Shown here: positions 28,151 through 37,816 of the stretch, one piece after another
Layout: every line of letters starts with the position of its first letter
Position numbering within the stretch: the first letter of the stretch is position 1
Source of the DNA: Lachnospiraceae bacterium UBA7199
Lineage (GTDB): Bacteria > Bacillota > Clostridia > Lachnospirales > Lachnospiraceae
Length of the DNA: 64,000 bases
Assembly (NCBI GenBank): GCA_002490775.1
Contig: DKUR01000063.1
Location: forward strand, 20,902-84,901
Reading direction: 5' to 3'
Made by a program: the position numbers and the translations under genes
Notes under the pieces: model-generated
The model's database searches: none
What the model was told of the DNA's origin: nothing
The model's input: the letters and a program-made list of their open reading frames with translations, nothing else

Positions 28151-28234
28151 TAAATTTATGATCACGTGTATATAGTGAACCAAGGTAGGAAGAATCTTTC
28201 AACCTTACATATTTGGAAGGCTTGGGAATAAAAT

Positions 28235-29725
28235 ATGAAATGTCCTGATTGCGGAGCAGAGATGGTGAATGGGCATCTTTACTGTGAGAAGTGCGGTAGA
28301 GAAATCCAGATTGTACCTGATTTTGAACCGGAAATAGAAAACAGCATAACGGAAACTTTATCTACTGTTGCGGAAGAAATTGAAGGCGGCAGCCTCGTAA
28401 AAGATGACCAGGGCGAAGATACAGCAGTGGATACACAAAGTGTAGGAAAAAAGAAATTAAAAAAACGCAGTCATTCTTTTTTTTCAGAAGAACTTGGAAA
28501 AAATGGAATGATACTTGCTTTTGTTATTTTTTTAACTGTACTGCTGGCAGGCGCCTTTTTGACTTTACATTTGTACCACAGGTTTTCAGCAGCTTACCAG
28601 ATTGAGCAGGCAAGATATTATGCGGAGTCAGGGGAATACAGGGAAGCAATATCGTATTTGGAAAAGGCAAAAAAACTGGATGCGGATGTGGTGGAAACTG
28701 CCTTTTTGGAGTCCAATTATTATTATCAGCTTGGTGAAAAGCAAAAGGCGTCTGAAGTGCTTGTAGAGTTGATTGCCAGTGAGCCGTTGGAGTATGCAGA
28801 CGAGGAAAGGGCATACAGCTATGTGATTGATATATGGGATGAAGAAGAAAAATATCAGGATATCAATTTGCTTTTATCAGAATGCCACAACAATGAAATC
28901 ATAAATCAATTTCAGCAATATATAGCAATGACGCCTGAATTTGGCTATGAACCGGGAAGCTATGATGAGGTGGTTTTACTGAAAATAAGTGCTAATACCA
29001 CTGGAAAAATATATTATACTTTAGACGGAAGTACTCCCAATCAAAACAGTCCGGTCTACATTGCACCACTGATACTTGAATCAGGAGAATATCAGGTTGC
29101 AGCACTTTTTGTAAATGATTATGGAATTGAGAGCGAAGTGGCAAGAAGCTGGTATGTGATTAATTTGATCGTGCCTGATCCGCCTGAATTATTGCTGTAT
29201 AGCGGAAGCTATCATGTTCCAACAATGATTGAGGTGATAGTACCGGAAAATGGAACGGTGCATTATACAATGGATGGAAGTAATCCAACGAAGGATAGTC
29301 CTAAATATACAGAGGCAATTTCAATGCCTTTAGGAAGGTCGAATTTTAAATTCATTACCATATCAGAGGAAGGCGTCTCAAGTGAAATTGTAAGCAGGAG
29401 TTTTGATTTTACTTTGGAAACTGAAGTGACAGTTGGCAGGGCGGTAAATAATGTGATACAGGCGCTTTTTGACAGGAAGGTGTTAAGTGATCTTCAGGGA
29501 CACTCCCCTGAAATCATGGAAAAATATGTATTTAAATATAATACTATTGTGGAAATTCCAGATATGGGCTATTATTATGTTTTGGATGAATATATTGAGA
29601 CCGGAAATGGAGAACAAACGAAAACAGACCGCTTGTACGCCGTAGAAGTATATACGGGAGCACCAAACCGGTTGATTTATGATGAAAATGGCCAGATGGG
29701 ACTTATTCCCCTAAGCACGCCATAA
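28235..29725 (+). CDS. membrane protein: zinc-ribbon, TM, TPR-like helices, two Fn3-associated/CHB_HEX_C repeats
   Basis: N-terminal CPDCG...CEKCG; single TM; IYYTLDGSTP and HYTMDGSNP repeats. Confidence 0.78.
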   Translation: MKCPDCGAEMVNGHLYCEKCGREIQIVPDFEPEIENSITETLSTVAEEIEGGSLVKDDQGEDTAVDTQSVGKKKLKKRSHSFFSEELGKNGMILAFVIFLTVLLAGAFLTLHLYHRFSAAYQIEQARYYAESGEYREAISYLEKAKKLDADVVETAFLESNYYYQLGEKQKASEVLVELIASEPLEYADEERAYSYVIDIWDEEEKYQDINLLLSECHNNEIINQFQQYIAMTPEFGYEPGSYDEVVLLKISANTTGKIYYTLDGSTPNQNSPVYIAPLILESGEYQVAALFVNDYGIESEVARSWYVINLIVPDPPELLLYSGSYHVPTMIEVIVPENGTVHYTMDGSNPTKDSPKYTEAISMPLGRSNFKFITISEEGVSSEIVSRSFDFTLETEVTVGRAVNNVIQALFDRKVLSDLQGHSPEIMEKYVFKYNTIVEIPDMGYYYVLDEYIETGNGEQTKTDRLYAVEVYTGAPNRLIYDENGQMGLIPLSTP

Positions 29726-29749
29726 AATAAAACAGGAAAGGGATTAGCA

Positions 29750-30637
29750 ATGTATAAGATTTTAGAAACCAAAGAGCTTGCTGCCAATATTTATTATATG
29801 GTAGTAGAAGCAAAGCGAGTAGCCAAGGCATGTAAACCCGGTCAGTTTGTTATTGTCAGGACAAATGAAGACGCAGAGAGAATTCCACTTACCATCTGTG
29901 ATTATGACAGTGAAAAAGGAACTGTAACTATCGTTTTCCAAATCGTGGGAGCAGGGACACAGATGATGTCATCTTTAAAAGCAGGCGACTTTTTCCACGA
30001 TTTTGTAGGGCCTTTAGGCTGTCCTTCAGAGTTTGTGGGAGAGGATATAGAAGTCCTTAAGAAAAAGAAAATGTTATTTGTGGCCGGAGGCGTGGGAACA
30101 GCACCTGTATATCCCCAGGTGAAATGGCTTCATGAAAGAGGAATAGACGCAGATGTGATTGTGGGAGCCAAGACGAAAGATCTGCTGATTCTGGAAGAAG
30201 AAATGAAGGAAGTGGCAGGCAGTTTGTATGTTACCACTGATGATGGCTCTTACGGAAGAAGCGGAATGGTTACACAGACGATTACAGATCTTGTTAATGA
30301 AGGAAATCATTATGATGTATGTGTGGCAATCGGCCCTATGATTATGATGAAATTTGTCTGCAAGCTTACGAAGGAGTTAGGGCTTCCTACAATTGTCAGC
30401 CTGAATCCAATTATGGTAGATGGAACAGGTATGTGTGGAGCATGTCGTGTAACGGTAGGCGGCAAAGTGAAATTTGCCTGTGTGGATGGTCCTGAATTTG
30501 ATGGACATCAGGTGAATTTTGATGAGGCAATGCAGCGTCAGCAGATATACAAAACAGCAGAGGGAAGAGCATTCCTGAAAGCCAAAGAGGGAGACACCCA
30601 TCATGGCGGATGTGGAAATTGCGGAGGTGATAAGTAA
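29750..30637 (+). CDS. nfnA: electron-bifurcating transhydrogenase small subunit
   Basis: PGQFVI, ERIPLTI, AGGVG, DGTGMCGACRV...CVDGPEF [2Fe-2S]; paired with GltD-like gene. Confidence 0.88.
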   Translation: MYKILETKELAANIYYMVVEAKRVAKACKPGQFVIVRTNEDAERIPLTICDYDSEKGTVTIVFQIVGAGTQMMSSLKAGDFFHDFVGPLGCPSEFVGEDIEVLKKKKMLFVAGGVGTAPVYPQVKWLHERGIDADVIVGAKTKDLLILEEEMKEVAGSLYVTTDDGSYGRSGMVTQTITDLVNEGNHYDVCVAIGPMIMMKFVCKLTKELGLPTIVSLNPIMVDGTGMCGACRVTVGGKVKFACVDGPEFDGHQVNFDEAMQRQQIYKTAEGRAFLKAKEGDTHHGGCGNCGGDK

Positions 30638-30638
30638 A

Positions 30639-32024
30639 ATGGATGTATTAAAGAAGGTTCCCGTAAGGGAGCAGGATGCAAAGGAAAGAGCAGCTAATTT
30701 TGAGGAAGTCTGCCTTGGATATAATAAAGAGGAAGCAATGGAAGAAGCTTCACGGTGTATCAACTGTAAAAATGCGCAATGTATCAAGGGATGCCCTGTG
30801 GCAATTAATATTCCGGGATTTATTGAAAAGGTAAAGGAAGGAAATATTGAGGAGGCATATCAAGTGATCAGCGAATCTTCTGCACTGCCGGCAGTATGTG
30901 GGCGCGTATGTCCGCAGGAAAGCCAGTGCGAAGGAAAATGTATCAGGGGCATTAAAGGAGAGCCGGTTTCTATCGGTAAGCTGGAACGCTTTGTTGCAGA
31001 CTGGGCCAGTGAAAATGGAATTATACCCCAAGGAGCTGATCAGAAAAATGGTAAAAAGGTTGCTGTAATCGGTTCAGGGCCGGCGGGACTTACCTGTGCA
31101 GGAGATCTGGCGAAAATGGGATATGATGTAACTATTTTCGAAGCACTCCATGAAGCGGGCGGCGTATTGGTTTATGGCATTCCTGAGTTCCGTCTTCCTA
31201 AAACAAAGGTAGTAGCAAGAGAGATTGAAAATGTTAAGTCTCTCGGCGTTAAAATTGAAACAAATGTTGTTGTAGGTAAGTCAGTTACCATTGATGAACT
31301 GCTGGAAGAGGAAGGCTTTGATGCTGTATTTATTGGTTCAGGAGCAGGGCTTCCTAAGTTTATGGGGATTCCCGGTGAGCAGGCAAACGGTGTATTTTCT
31401 GCAAATGAGTACTTAACCAGAAGCAATTTAATGAAGGCTTTTGACGAAAATTCCAATACCCCTATTATGAGGGGAAATAAGGTAGCTGTAGTAGGCGGCG
31501 GAAATGTGGCAATGGATGCGGCAAGAACAGCACTGCGTCTTGGAGCGGAAGTACATATTGTTTATAGAAGAAGCGAAGAAGAATTGCCGGCGCGTGTGGA
31601 AGAAGTTCATCATGCAAAAGAAGAAGGAATTATATTTGATCTTCTTACTAATCCAGTTGAAGTGATTGAAGATGAAAAAGGCTGGGTAAAGGGAATCAAA
31701 TGTATCAAAATGGAATTGGGGGAACCTGATGAGTCAGGAAGAAGGCGTCCGGTGGAGGTTCCCGGATCAGAGTTTGTGATAGATGTGGATACTGTTATTA
31801 TGTCTCTTGGAACATCTCCTAATCCGCTTATTTCTTCTACCACAGAAGGGTTGGAAGTTAATAAATGGAAATGTATCGTGGCAGATGAAGAATTTGGAAA
31901 AACCACGAAAGAAGGAGTCTATGCCGGCGGTGACGCTGTTACGGGAGCGGCAACAGTTATTCTTGCAATGGGTGCAGGCAAAGCAGGCGCAAAGGGAATT
32001 GATGAATATTTAAAAAATAAATGA
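30639..32024 (+). CDS. nfnB: electron-bifurcating transhydrogenase large subunit (GltD-like)
   Basis: EASRCINC, GCPV, CGRVCPQE.QCE, GSGPAGL, GGGNVAMD; no glutamate synthase large subunit nearby; start 30639 after GGAGG. Confidence 0.88.
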   Translation: MDVLKKVPVREQDAKERAANFEEVCLGYNKEEAMEEASRCINCKNAQCIKGCPVAINIPGFIEKVKEGNIEEAYQVISESSALPAVCGRVCPQESQCEGKCIRGIKGEPVSIGKLERFVADWASENGIIPQGADQKNGKKVAVIGSGPAGLTCAGDLAKMGYDVTIFEALHEAGGVLVYGIPEFRLPKTKVVAREIENVKSLGVKIETNVVVGKSVTIDELLEEEGFDAVFIGSGAGLPKFMGIPGEQANGVFSANEYLTRSNLMKAFDENSNTPIMRGNKVAVVGGGNVAMDAARTALRLGAEVHIVYRRSEEELPARVEEVHHAKEEGIIFDLLTNPVEVIEDEKGWVKGIKCIKMELGEPDESGRRRPVEVPGSEFVIDVDTVIMSLGTSPNPLISSTTEGLEVNKWKCIVADEEFGKTTKEGVYAGGDAVTGAATVILAMGAGKAGAKGIDEYLKNK

Positions 32025-32043
32025 AAAACAATGTACCTTGTTT

Positions 32044-32078
32044 AAAGCTGTGCCGGAGGCTCTTTCGGCACAGTTTTT
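32044..32078 (+). terminator. intrinsic terminator after nfnB
   Basis: AAAGCTGTGCCGGA...TTCGGCACAGTTTTT. Confidence 0.85.
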
Positions 32079-32204
32079 GTATTCGCTAAATTGTATGAAA
32101 GCACAACAGTGTTTGATTTTTATTCATAATAAGAAAAAATTAATAAATTTTATTCCTGAAATTAAAAGAAATATTGTATAGTAAAAGACGAAGGGAGCAT
32201 ATAA

Positions 32205-32504
32205 ATGGTAAATCATATTGTTTTATGGAATATAAAAGAGGAATTATCAGTACAGGAGAAAAAAGAAGCAGCGCTAAAAATTAAAAATAAATTAGAAGCA
32301 GTGGCACAGAAGGCAGAGGGCGTGATTTCACTTAAAGTATTAATTAATGAAATGGAATCCAGCAATAAGGATATTGCTTTGATTTCCAAGTTTGAGTCAA
32401 AGAAAGATCTTGATGCTTATCAGGTCATGCCCGAACATGTGGAAGCGGGAAGCTATATCAGAACTGTTACTGATGGACGAAGCTGTTTTGATTTTAATGA
32501 ATAA
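32205..32504 (+). CDS. Dabb family stress-responsive A/B barrel protein
   Basis: MVNHIVLW, DIALISKFES...LDAYQ..PEH, RSCFDF. Confidence 0.85.
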   Translation: MVNHIVLWNIKEELSVQEKKEAALKIKNKLEAVAQKAEGVISLKVLINEMESSNKDIALISKFESKKDLDAYQVMPEHVEAGSYIRTVTDGRSCFDFNE

Positions 32505-32518
32505 AAAGAGGGACAACT

Positions 32519-33568
32519 ATGCGAAAGATGTTTGATGAAGAAGATGATGAGGGGTATTCCGATCTGGATAAGAAAAAAATTCTGGTGACGATCATTCCTT
32601 TTGTACTTATTATAATTGTTCTTGCGGTCACACTTCTTGCAGGCAGCATGAAAAAAGAAAAGGACGATACAGAGGCGCTGCAGCAAAGCATTATGGATTA
32701 TGCAGATGAACATGGAGAAGCAGAAGCAGCCGAAAGGCAGGAAGCGCAAAGAACACCTGATCCTGTTAAGGTGGAAGAAATCCCAACAAATGCACCAGAT
32801 TCAGACCAGGAAGAAATAGCGCCCAGTCCGACTCCTTATAAAGAGGTTATGGAACCGGGAAAAGTGAATTTAAGTAAAGTAACTTATAATACGGAGTCAC
32901 AGCTTAAGGAAATGATGGCTTATTGGGCGGATAATAATCAAAAAGCCCTGGATGATCTTGCAAATTTGGAACGTTTTATGGCTATGTCATGGAGCCTGAA
33001 AGGAACAGATGACTGTTATTATTATGGGGAAAAGGATGCCAATGGCCTGCCAAACGGTACCGGAATTGCGGTTTACAGGGATAACCAGTATTATTATGGC
33101 GATTGGAAAAATGGATTAAGGAGCGGCAATGGAACCTGGATTCATTATCATATTCACCTGACAGAAAATAAAACAGATCTATATACTTATCATCAGTATA
33201 CTGGTGGGTGGAAAGATGATCTGCCATCGGGAGAAGGCTCAGAGCATTATGAATATGATACGTCTCTTTTGAAGGAAGGGATCGGGTATGATACGAATTT
33301 GGTAGGAAGTTACTTAGATGGCATGATAAATGGAGAGTTTTTCATTACCAATTTATATGCTGATGGGACAATTAAGGAGTGGAATGCCAAGGCTGAAAAG
33401 GGGGCATGGATTTATCAAAGCGAAACCAAAGATAAGAAGGGAAACCGGACGATTTATGTGGATATTCATGATCCTGAAAATTATATCTGGATAAAGCCGG
33501 CAGAGAATGTAAATATTAAAGTGCCATGTCTGATTGCAAATGCAACAGTTCGGCCTGCTTACTCATAA
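32519..33568 (+). CDS. membrane-anchored protein with MORN-like repeats
   Basis: N-terminal TM; YYGEKDANGLPNGTG, YYGDWKNGLRSGNG, YTGGWKDDLPSGEG. Confidence 0.72.
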   Translation: MRKMFDEEDDEGYSDLDKKKILVTIIPFVLIIIVLAVTLLAGSMKKEKDDTEALQQSIMDYADEHGEAEAAERQEAQRTPDPVKVEEIPTNAPDSDQEEIAPSPTPYKEVMEPGKVNLSKVTYNTESQLKEMMAYWADNNQKALDDLANLERFMAMSWSLKGTDDCYYYGEKDANGLPNGTGIAVYRDNQYYYGDWKNGLRSGNGTWIHYHIHLTENKTDLYTYHQYTGGWKDDLPSGEGSEHYEYDTSLLKEGIGYDTNLVGSYLDGMINGEFFITNLYADGTIKEWNAKAEKGAWIYQSETKDKKGNRTIYVDIHDPENYIWIKPAENVNIKVPCLIANATVRPAYS

Positions 33569-33631
33569 AAATTAGTGGAAACCTTTGCTGCTTCGTAGTA
33601 AAATAATAGAGGGGGTAAAGGAGGTTTTACT

Positions 33632-34303
33632 ATGGCATGGTGTCCGAAATGCAAAAGTGAGTATGTAGAGGGAATTACAGTATGTGCCGATTGTGGTTGT
33701 GAACTGGTGGCGTCTTTAGACAAGGACAAGCCATTTGATGAAGACAAGGACTCTCTTTCGGAAGAAGTTTTAGATTCTGGTGAATTTGAATTTGACGAAG
33801 AAGAGGTGCCAGAGCGCAAATCATATACAGTTTATATGAATAATGAAGAAAGAGCGGAAGAAAACAGAACATCAGCTTATACCCTTTTAACGGTAGGCGG
33901 TATTGGTTTTGTTGTCATTGTTCTGATTTTTTTTGATATAATAGATTTACATATGTCATTGACTAATAAATATATGGTCACTGGCGTTATGGGAGCATTA
34001 TTTATTCTTTTTATAGTCATGGGTTTTGTATCCATGAAGAACTCAAGAATTTTGAAGCGTAAAGCATCGAAAGAAAATAAGCTGACTATAGAGATTAAGA
34101 AATGGTGCGTGGAAAATATTGAGAAAAGTCAGGTAGACAAGAATCTTAATATTATGGGACAGCCTGAAGAACTGCAATATTTTCAGCGCTTTGATTATAT
34201 GAAAGGAATAATTCAAAATCAGTTTGTAAATTTAGATGAGAGCTATTTAGAGCGGTTGATCGAAGAGGTTTATCCGGAAATTTTTGAGGAAAATGGAGAA
34301 TGA
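33632..34303 (+). CDS. hypothetical zinc-ribbon membrane protein
   Basis: WCPKC..EY......CADCG; two TM helices; stop overlaps the rlmH start. Confidence 0.75.
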   Translation: MAWCPKCKSEYVEGITVCADCGCELVASLDKDKPFDEDKDSLSEEVLDSGEFEFDEEEVPERKSYTVYMNNEERAEENRTSAYTLLTVGGIGFVVIVLIFFDIIDLHMSLTNKYMVTGVMGALFILFIVMGFVSMKNSRILKRKASKENKLTIEIKKWCVENIEKSQVDKNLNIMGQPEELQYFQRFDYMKGIIQNQFVNLDESYLERLIEEVYPEIFEENGE

Positions 34304-34779
34304 AGATCACCATAATTTGTGTTGGAAAGATTAAAGAAGATTTTTACAGGAAGGCTGTTTCCGAGTATGAGAAGCGCCTTAGCAGGTATTGTAAGCTGGA
34401 CATTATTGAGGTGCAGGATGAAAAAACGCCTGACAATGCCACCCCTGCTTTTAAGGAGCAGATAAAAGAGAAGGAGGCAGCCCGTATTTTTAAATATATG
34501 AAAGAGGATGCACATATAATTTCACTGGAAATTACGGGAAGCAAGCCGGATTCTGTATCCTTTGCAAATCAGTTAAATCAATTGGCAGTTCAGGGGAAAA
34601 GCCATATTCAGTTTATTATCGGCGGATCATTGGGATTGCATCAAAGTGTGTCTGATGCAGCACATCAGGCGGTCAGTTTTTCGAATATGACATTTCCACA
34701 TCAGCTTATGAGAGTAATTCTTTTGGAACAAATTTATAGAGGCTGCCGCATTATTAAGGGTGAGCCATATCATAAGTGA
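34300..34779 (+). CDS. rlmH: 23S rRNA pseudouridine-1915 N3-methyltransferase
   Basis: MKITIICVGKIKE, IIGGSLG, MTFPHQLMRVILLEQIYR, PYHK. Confidence 0.97.
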   Translation: MKITIICVGKIKEDFYRKAVSEYEKRLSRYCKLDIIEVQDEKTPDNATPAFKEQIKEKEAARIFKYMKEDAHIISLEITGSKPDSVSFANQLNQLAVQGKSHIQFIIGGSLGLHQSVSDAAHQAVSFSNMTFPHQLMRVILLEQIYRGCRIIKGEPYHK

Positions 34780-34794
34780 ATGGCGGTGATTATT

Positions 34795-36105
34795 ATGAGA
34801 ATGTATGATCTGATTATGAAAAAAAGAAATGGAAAAGCGCTTTCTAAGGAAGAAATAGATTATATGGTGTCAGGTTATACCAAAGGGGAGATTCCTGATT
34901 ATCAGATGTCTGCAATGATGATGGCAATTTATTTTGTGGGAATGAATGAGGAAGAAACGCTTTTTCTTACTATGGCAATGGCGGAAAGCGGAGATATGTT
35001 AGATTTATCCTCTATTTCAGGAATTAAAGTGGATAAGCACAGTACCGGAGGCGTTGGGGATAAAACATCACTGGCGCTTGCACCTATGGTTGCGGCATGC
35101 GGAGTCAAAATAGCTAAAATGAGCGGAAGGGGACTAGGACATACAGGGGGCACGATTGATAAACTGGAAAGTTTTAAAGGCTTTTCCACAGAAATCTCTA
35201 TTCAGCAGTTTCTTAAAAATGTGGATGAAATAGGAATTGCAATTATGGGACAGACAAAAGAGCTTGCCCCTGCTGATAAGAAATTGTATGCGTTAAGGGA
35301 TGTAACTGCAACAGTTGATAATATGTCCCTTATTGCTTCATCTATTATGAGCAAAAAGCTGGCTGCTGGAGCAGATGCCATTGTACTGGATGTGAAAACG
35401 GGAAGTGGCGCCTTTATGAAAAGGCAGGAAGATGCGTATGCTTTAGCAAAAGAAATGGTGAGGATCGGGCAAAATGCAGGACGAAATACAGTTGCAGTAA
35501 TATCAGATATGGATCAGCCTTTGGGAAATGCAGTGGGGAATGCCTTGGAGGTAAAGGAGGCAATTGATACTTTACAGGGGAAAGGAGCAGAAGATTTTAC
35601 CAGATTGTGCTATACGCTGGGAAGTTATATGCTGGTGATGGGAGGAAAAGCCGAAAACGAAGAACAAGGAAGAAAAATGCTTAAGAAGGTTATAGCAGAT
35701 GGCAGTGCGTTGAATAAGCTGGCACAATTTGTAAAGGCACAGGGTGGAGAAGAGAGTATGGTTTATCATCCAGAGCTTTTGCCCAAAGCCAGTTTAATAG
35801 AGCCAATATATGCACCAAGGGATGGCTGGGTGGATAAGCTGGTCTGTGACGAAGTGGGAATCTGTTCTTTGATTTTGGGAGGAGGACGTGAGACAAAAGA
35901 AAGTGTTATTGATTTATCTGTGGGAATTGAACTAAAAAAGAAAATTGGAAATTACGTAAAAAAAGGAGAGGTACTTGCTTATCTGCATGCAAATGATCGT
36001 GCAAAACTTGCAGCGGCAAAGGAAAGACTTTTTCATGCATATCAGATAGGAGGGGAGGAAAGGAAAACAAATTCCATTATAATTGACGTGGTAAAACAGG
36101 TATAG
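34795..36105 (+). CDS. pdp: pyrimidine-nucleoside phosphorylase
   Basis: [36 protein letters not shown]. Confidence 0.96.
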   Translation: MRMYDLIMKKRNGKALSKEEIDYMVSGYTKGEIPDYQMSAMMMAIYFVGMNEEETLFLTMAMAESGDMLDLSSISGIKVDKHSTGGVGDKTSLALAPMVAACGVKIAKMSGRGLGHTGGTIDKLESFKGFSTEISIQQFLKNVDEIGIAIMGQTKELAPADKKLYALRDVTATVDNMSLIASSIMSKKLAAGADAIVLDVKTGSGAFMKRQEDAYALAKEMVRIGQNAGRNTVAVISDMDQPLGNAVGNALEVKEAIDTLQGKGAEDFTRLCYTLGSYMLVMGGKAENEEQGRKMLKKVIADGSALNKLAQFVKAQGGEESMVYHPELLPKASLIEPIYAPRDGWVDKLVCDEVGICSLILGGGRETKESVIDLSVGIELKKKIGNYVKKGEVLAYLHANDRAKLAAAKERLFHAYQIGGEERKTNSIIIDVVKQV

Positions 36106-36128
36106 GCGGCAGATGGTTTTCATATATT
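36100..36128 (+). promoter_or_regulatory. putative SigE promoter of yqfC-yqfD
   Basis: GTATA-16 bp-CATATATT; yqfCD is SigE-controlled in B. subtilis. Confidence 0.5.
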
Positions 36129-36145
36129 GTGATATGAGAAAACGG

Positions 36146-36475
36146 ATGAATCGAAAACCCAAATATAACTGGAGCCAGTCCAGAGAAGAGAGAAAAGATA
36201 CAAAATTGTCTGCTTCTGGGAAAGAACTTGTGGTGGAGTCGTTAAAACTACCCAAGGATTCCCTTCTTGGAGCATCAATAGTGACTGTTACAGGTAATAC
36301 GGATGCTTTTGTTGAGAACTATAAAGGGATCATAGAATATACCAGCCAAATAATTTTGCTGCAGGGAAAAACCTGTAAAATTGAAATTTGCGGCAGGCGA
36401 CTGACGATTGTTTATTATACCAATGAAGATATGAAGATCAATGGGTGGATAGAATCTGTCCGTTATCTTTTATAA
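36146..36475 (+). CDS. yqfC: YabP/YqfC family sporulation protein (start uncertain)
   Basis: LPKD, VENYKGIIEY, I.G..L.I.YYT..DMKI.G.I; upstream of yqfD. Confidence 0.85.
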   Translation: MNRKPKYNWSQSREERKDTKLSASGKELVVESLKLPKDSLLGASIVTVTGNTDAFVENYKGIIEYTSQIILLQGKTCKIEICGRRLTIVYYTNEDMKINGWIESVRYLL

Positions 36476-36544
36476 GCGGAAAGCCAAAGATTCTTCAAAA
36501 GCCGGCGGAGCATTAAGGTATAAAATTTGCAGCGGAGGTGTGCT

Positions 36545-37795
36545 ATGATACAGGTTATTCGGTACTTAAAGGGGTACCTGGCGATTACAGTGTCTGGATT
36601 TTCCCCGGAAAGATTTATGAATCTTTGCAGTCACCATAATATATTTCTTTGGGATATTGAAAATCATAAAGATTATTATACCATGAAGATTAGCCTGAAA
36701 GGATTTTACCGTCTTAAGGGCATTACAAGAAAAACAGGTACAAGGGTAGTCATAACCAAGCGTTATGGATTGCCCTTTCTTTCTGTAACCATGTGGAAAC
36801 GTCGGATCTTTATGCTGGGACTATTAGGCAGCCTTTTCTTTTGGATCTGGATGTCAAGATTCATATGGGCAATAGAAATAGAGGGCAACTATTATGTTAC
36901 CACTGATGTGTTTCAGGATTTCCTTGAAGAAAACGGATTTCAGGTGGGGATGAAGAAGGAAAGTGTGGAAATAGAGGCTCTTGAAAAAGCAATCAGAACA
37001 CAATTTGATATTGTTACCTGGACATCTGCACAGATAGATGGAACAAAGCTATTGATTCAAATAAAAGAAAATGATTTGATTTTGGTGGAAAATAAGGAAG
37101 AGCCTGTTTTAAATGATGAAGAAGGAATGGATTTAACTGCAGAAAAGAGCGGCACTATAATCAGTATAGTGACCAGAAGCGGAGTCCCTTTGGTTACTGC
37201 TGGAATGGAGGTGGAAAAGGGAGACATTCTTGTAGAGGGCGGGGTACCTATCTATAATGATGATGGTACCGTGAAACGGTATGATTTCTGCAGGGCAGAT
37301 GCCGATATTATGCTTAGGTGTATTTATGAAATGCAGGAAGAAATGGAAGAAAAATATGAACAAAAACAATATACGGGAAGAGAGAAAAAATATCCCTTTA
37401 TTTTGTTTGGAAGCAAAAAGTTTAGGGTTCCATTTATTGGGAATCAGTTTGAACAAAGTGATATGGTGGAGGAAAAAACACAGCTTCGCTTGTTCAATAA
37501 TTATTATCTGCCGGTGTATGTGGGCTATGACCTGGTAAGGGAGTACGTAACTGAAGAAAAAATTTACACAAAAGAAGAAGTAAAAAATATATTTGAAAAT
37601 AAAATTCAAAAATTTATAGAAACTTTACAGGAAAAAGGGGTACAAATTATAGAAAAAAATGTTACAATAAATAAGAATTCCGGCATATGGAAAATGAATG
37701 TAGACTTTCTGGCAGTGGAAAGGACAGGAGTAGAACAGAAAACACATCTTACGCAGGTAGAAGAAGAGCCGGAAACGCAAGAGGAAGCAGAATAA
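36545..37795 (+). CDS. yqfD: sporulation protein YqfD
   Basis: GFSPERFMNLC, RYGLPF, IWAIEIEGN, VEKGDILVEG; yqfC-yqfD-phoH synteny. Confidence 0.92.
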   Translation: MIQVIRYLKGYLAITVSGFSPERFMNLCSHHNIFLWDIENHKDYYTMKISLKGFYRLKGITRKTGTRVVITKRYGLPFLSVTMWKRRIFMLGLLGSLFFWIWMSRFIWAIEIEGNYYVTTDVFQDFLEENGFQVGMKKESVEIEALEKAIRTQFDIVTWTSAQIDGTKLLIQIKENDLILVENKEEPVLNDEEGMDLTAEKSGTIISIVTRSGVPLVTAGMEVEKGDILVEGGVPIYNDDGTVKRYDFCRADADIMLRCIYEMQEEMEEKYEQKQYTGREKKYPFILFGSKKFRVPFIGNQFEQSDMVEEKTQLRLFNNYYLPVYVGYDLVREYVTEEKIYTKEEVKNIFENKIQKFIETLQEKGVQIIEKNVTINKNSGIWKMNVDFLAVERTGVEQKTHLTQVEEEPETQEEAE

Positions 37796-37816
37796 CAGAA
37801 AGATCAGGAGCAGCAT

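Noticed and set aside
30639-32024. Glutamate synthase small subunit
   Set aside because: There is no large subunit, and pairing with an NfnA-type gene indicates NfnB
36476-36540. Three GCGGA motifs before yqfD (CsrA-like sites)
   Set aside because: Short motif, one copy is the RBS, and there are no supporting hairpins
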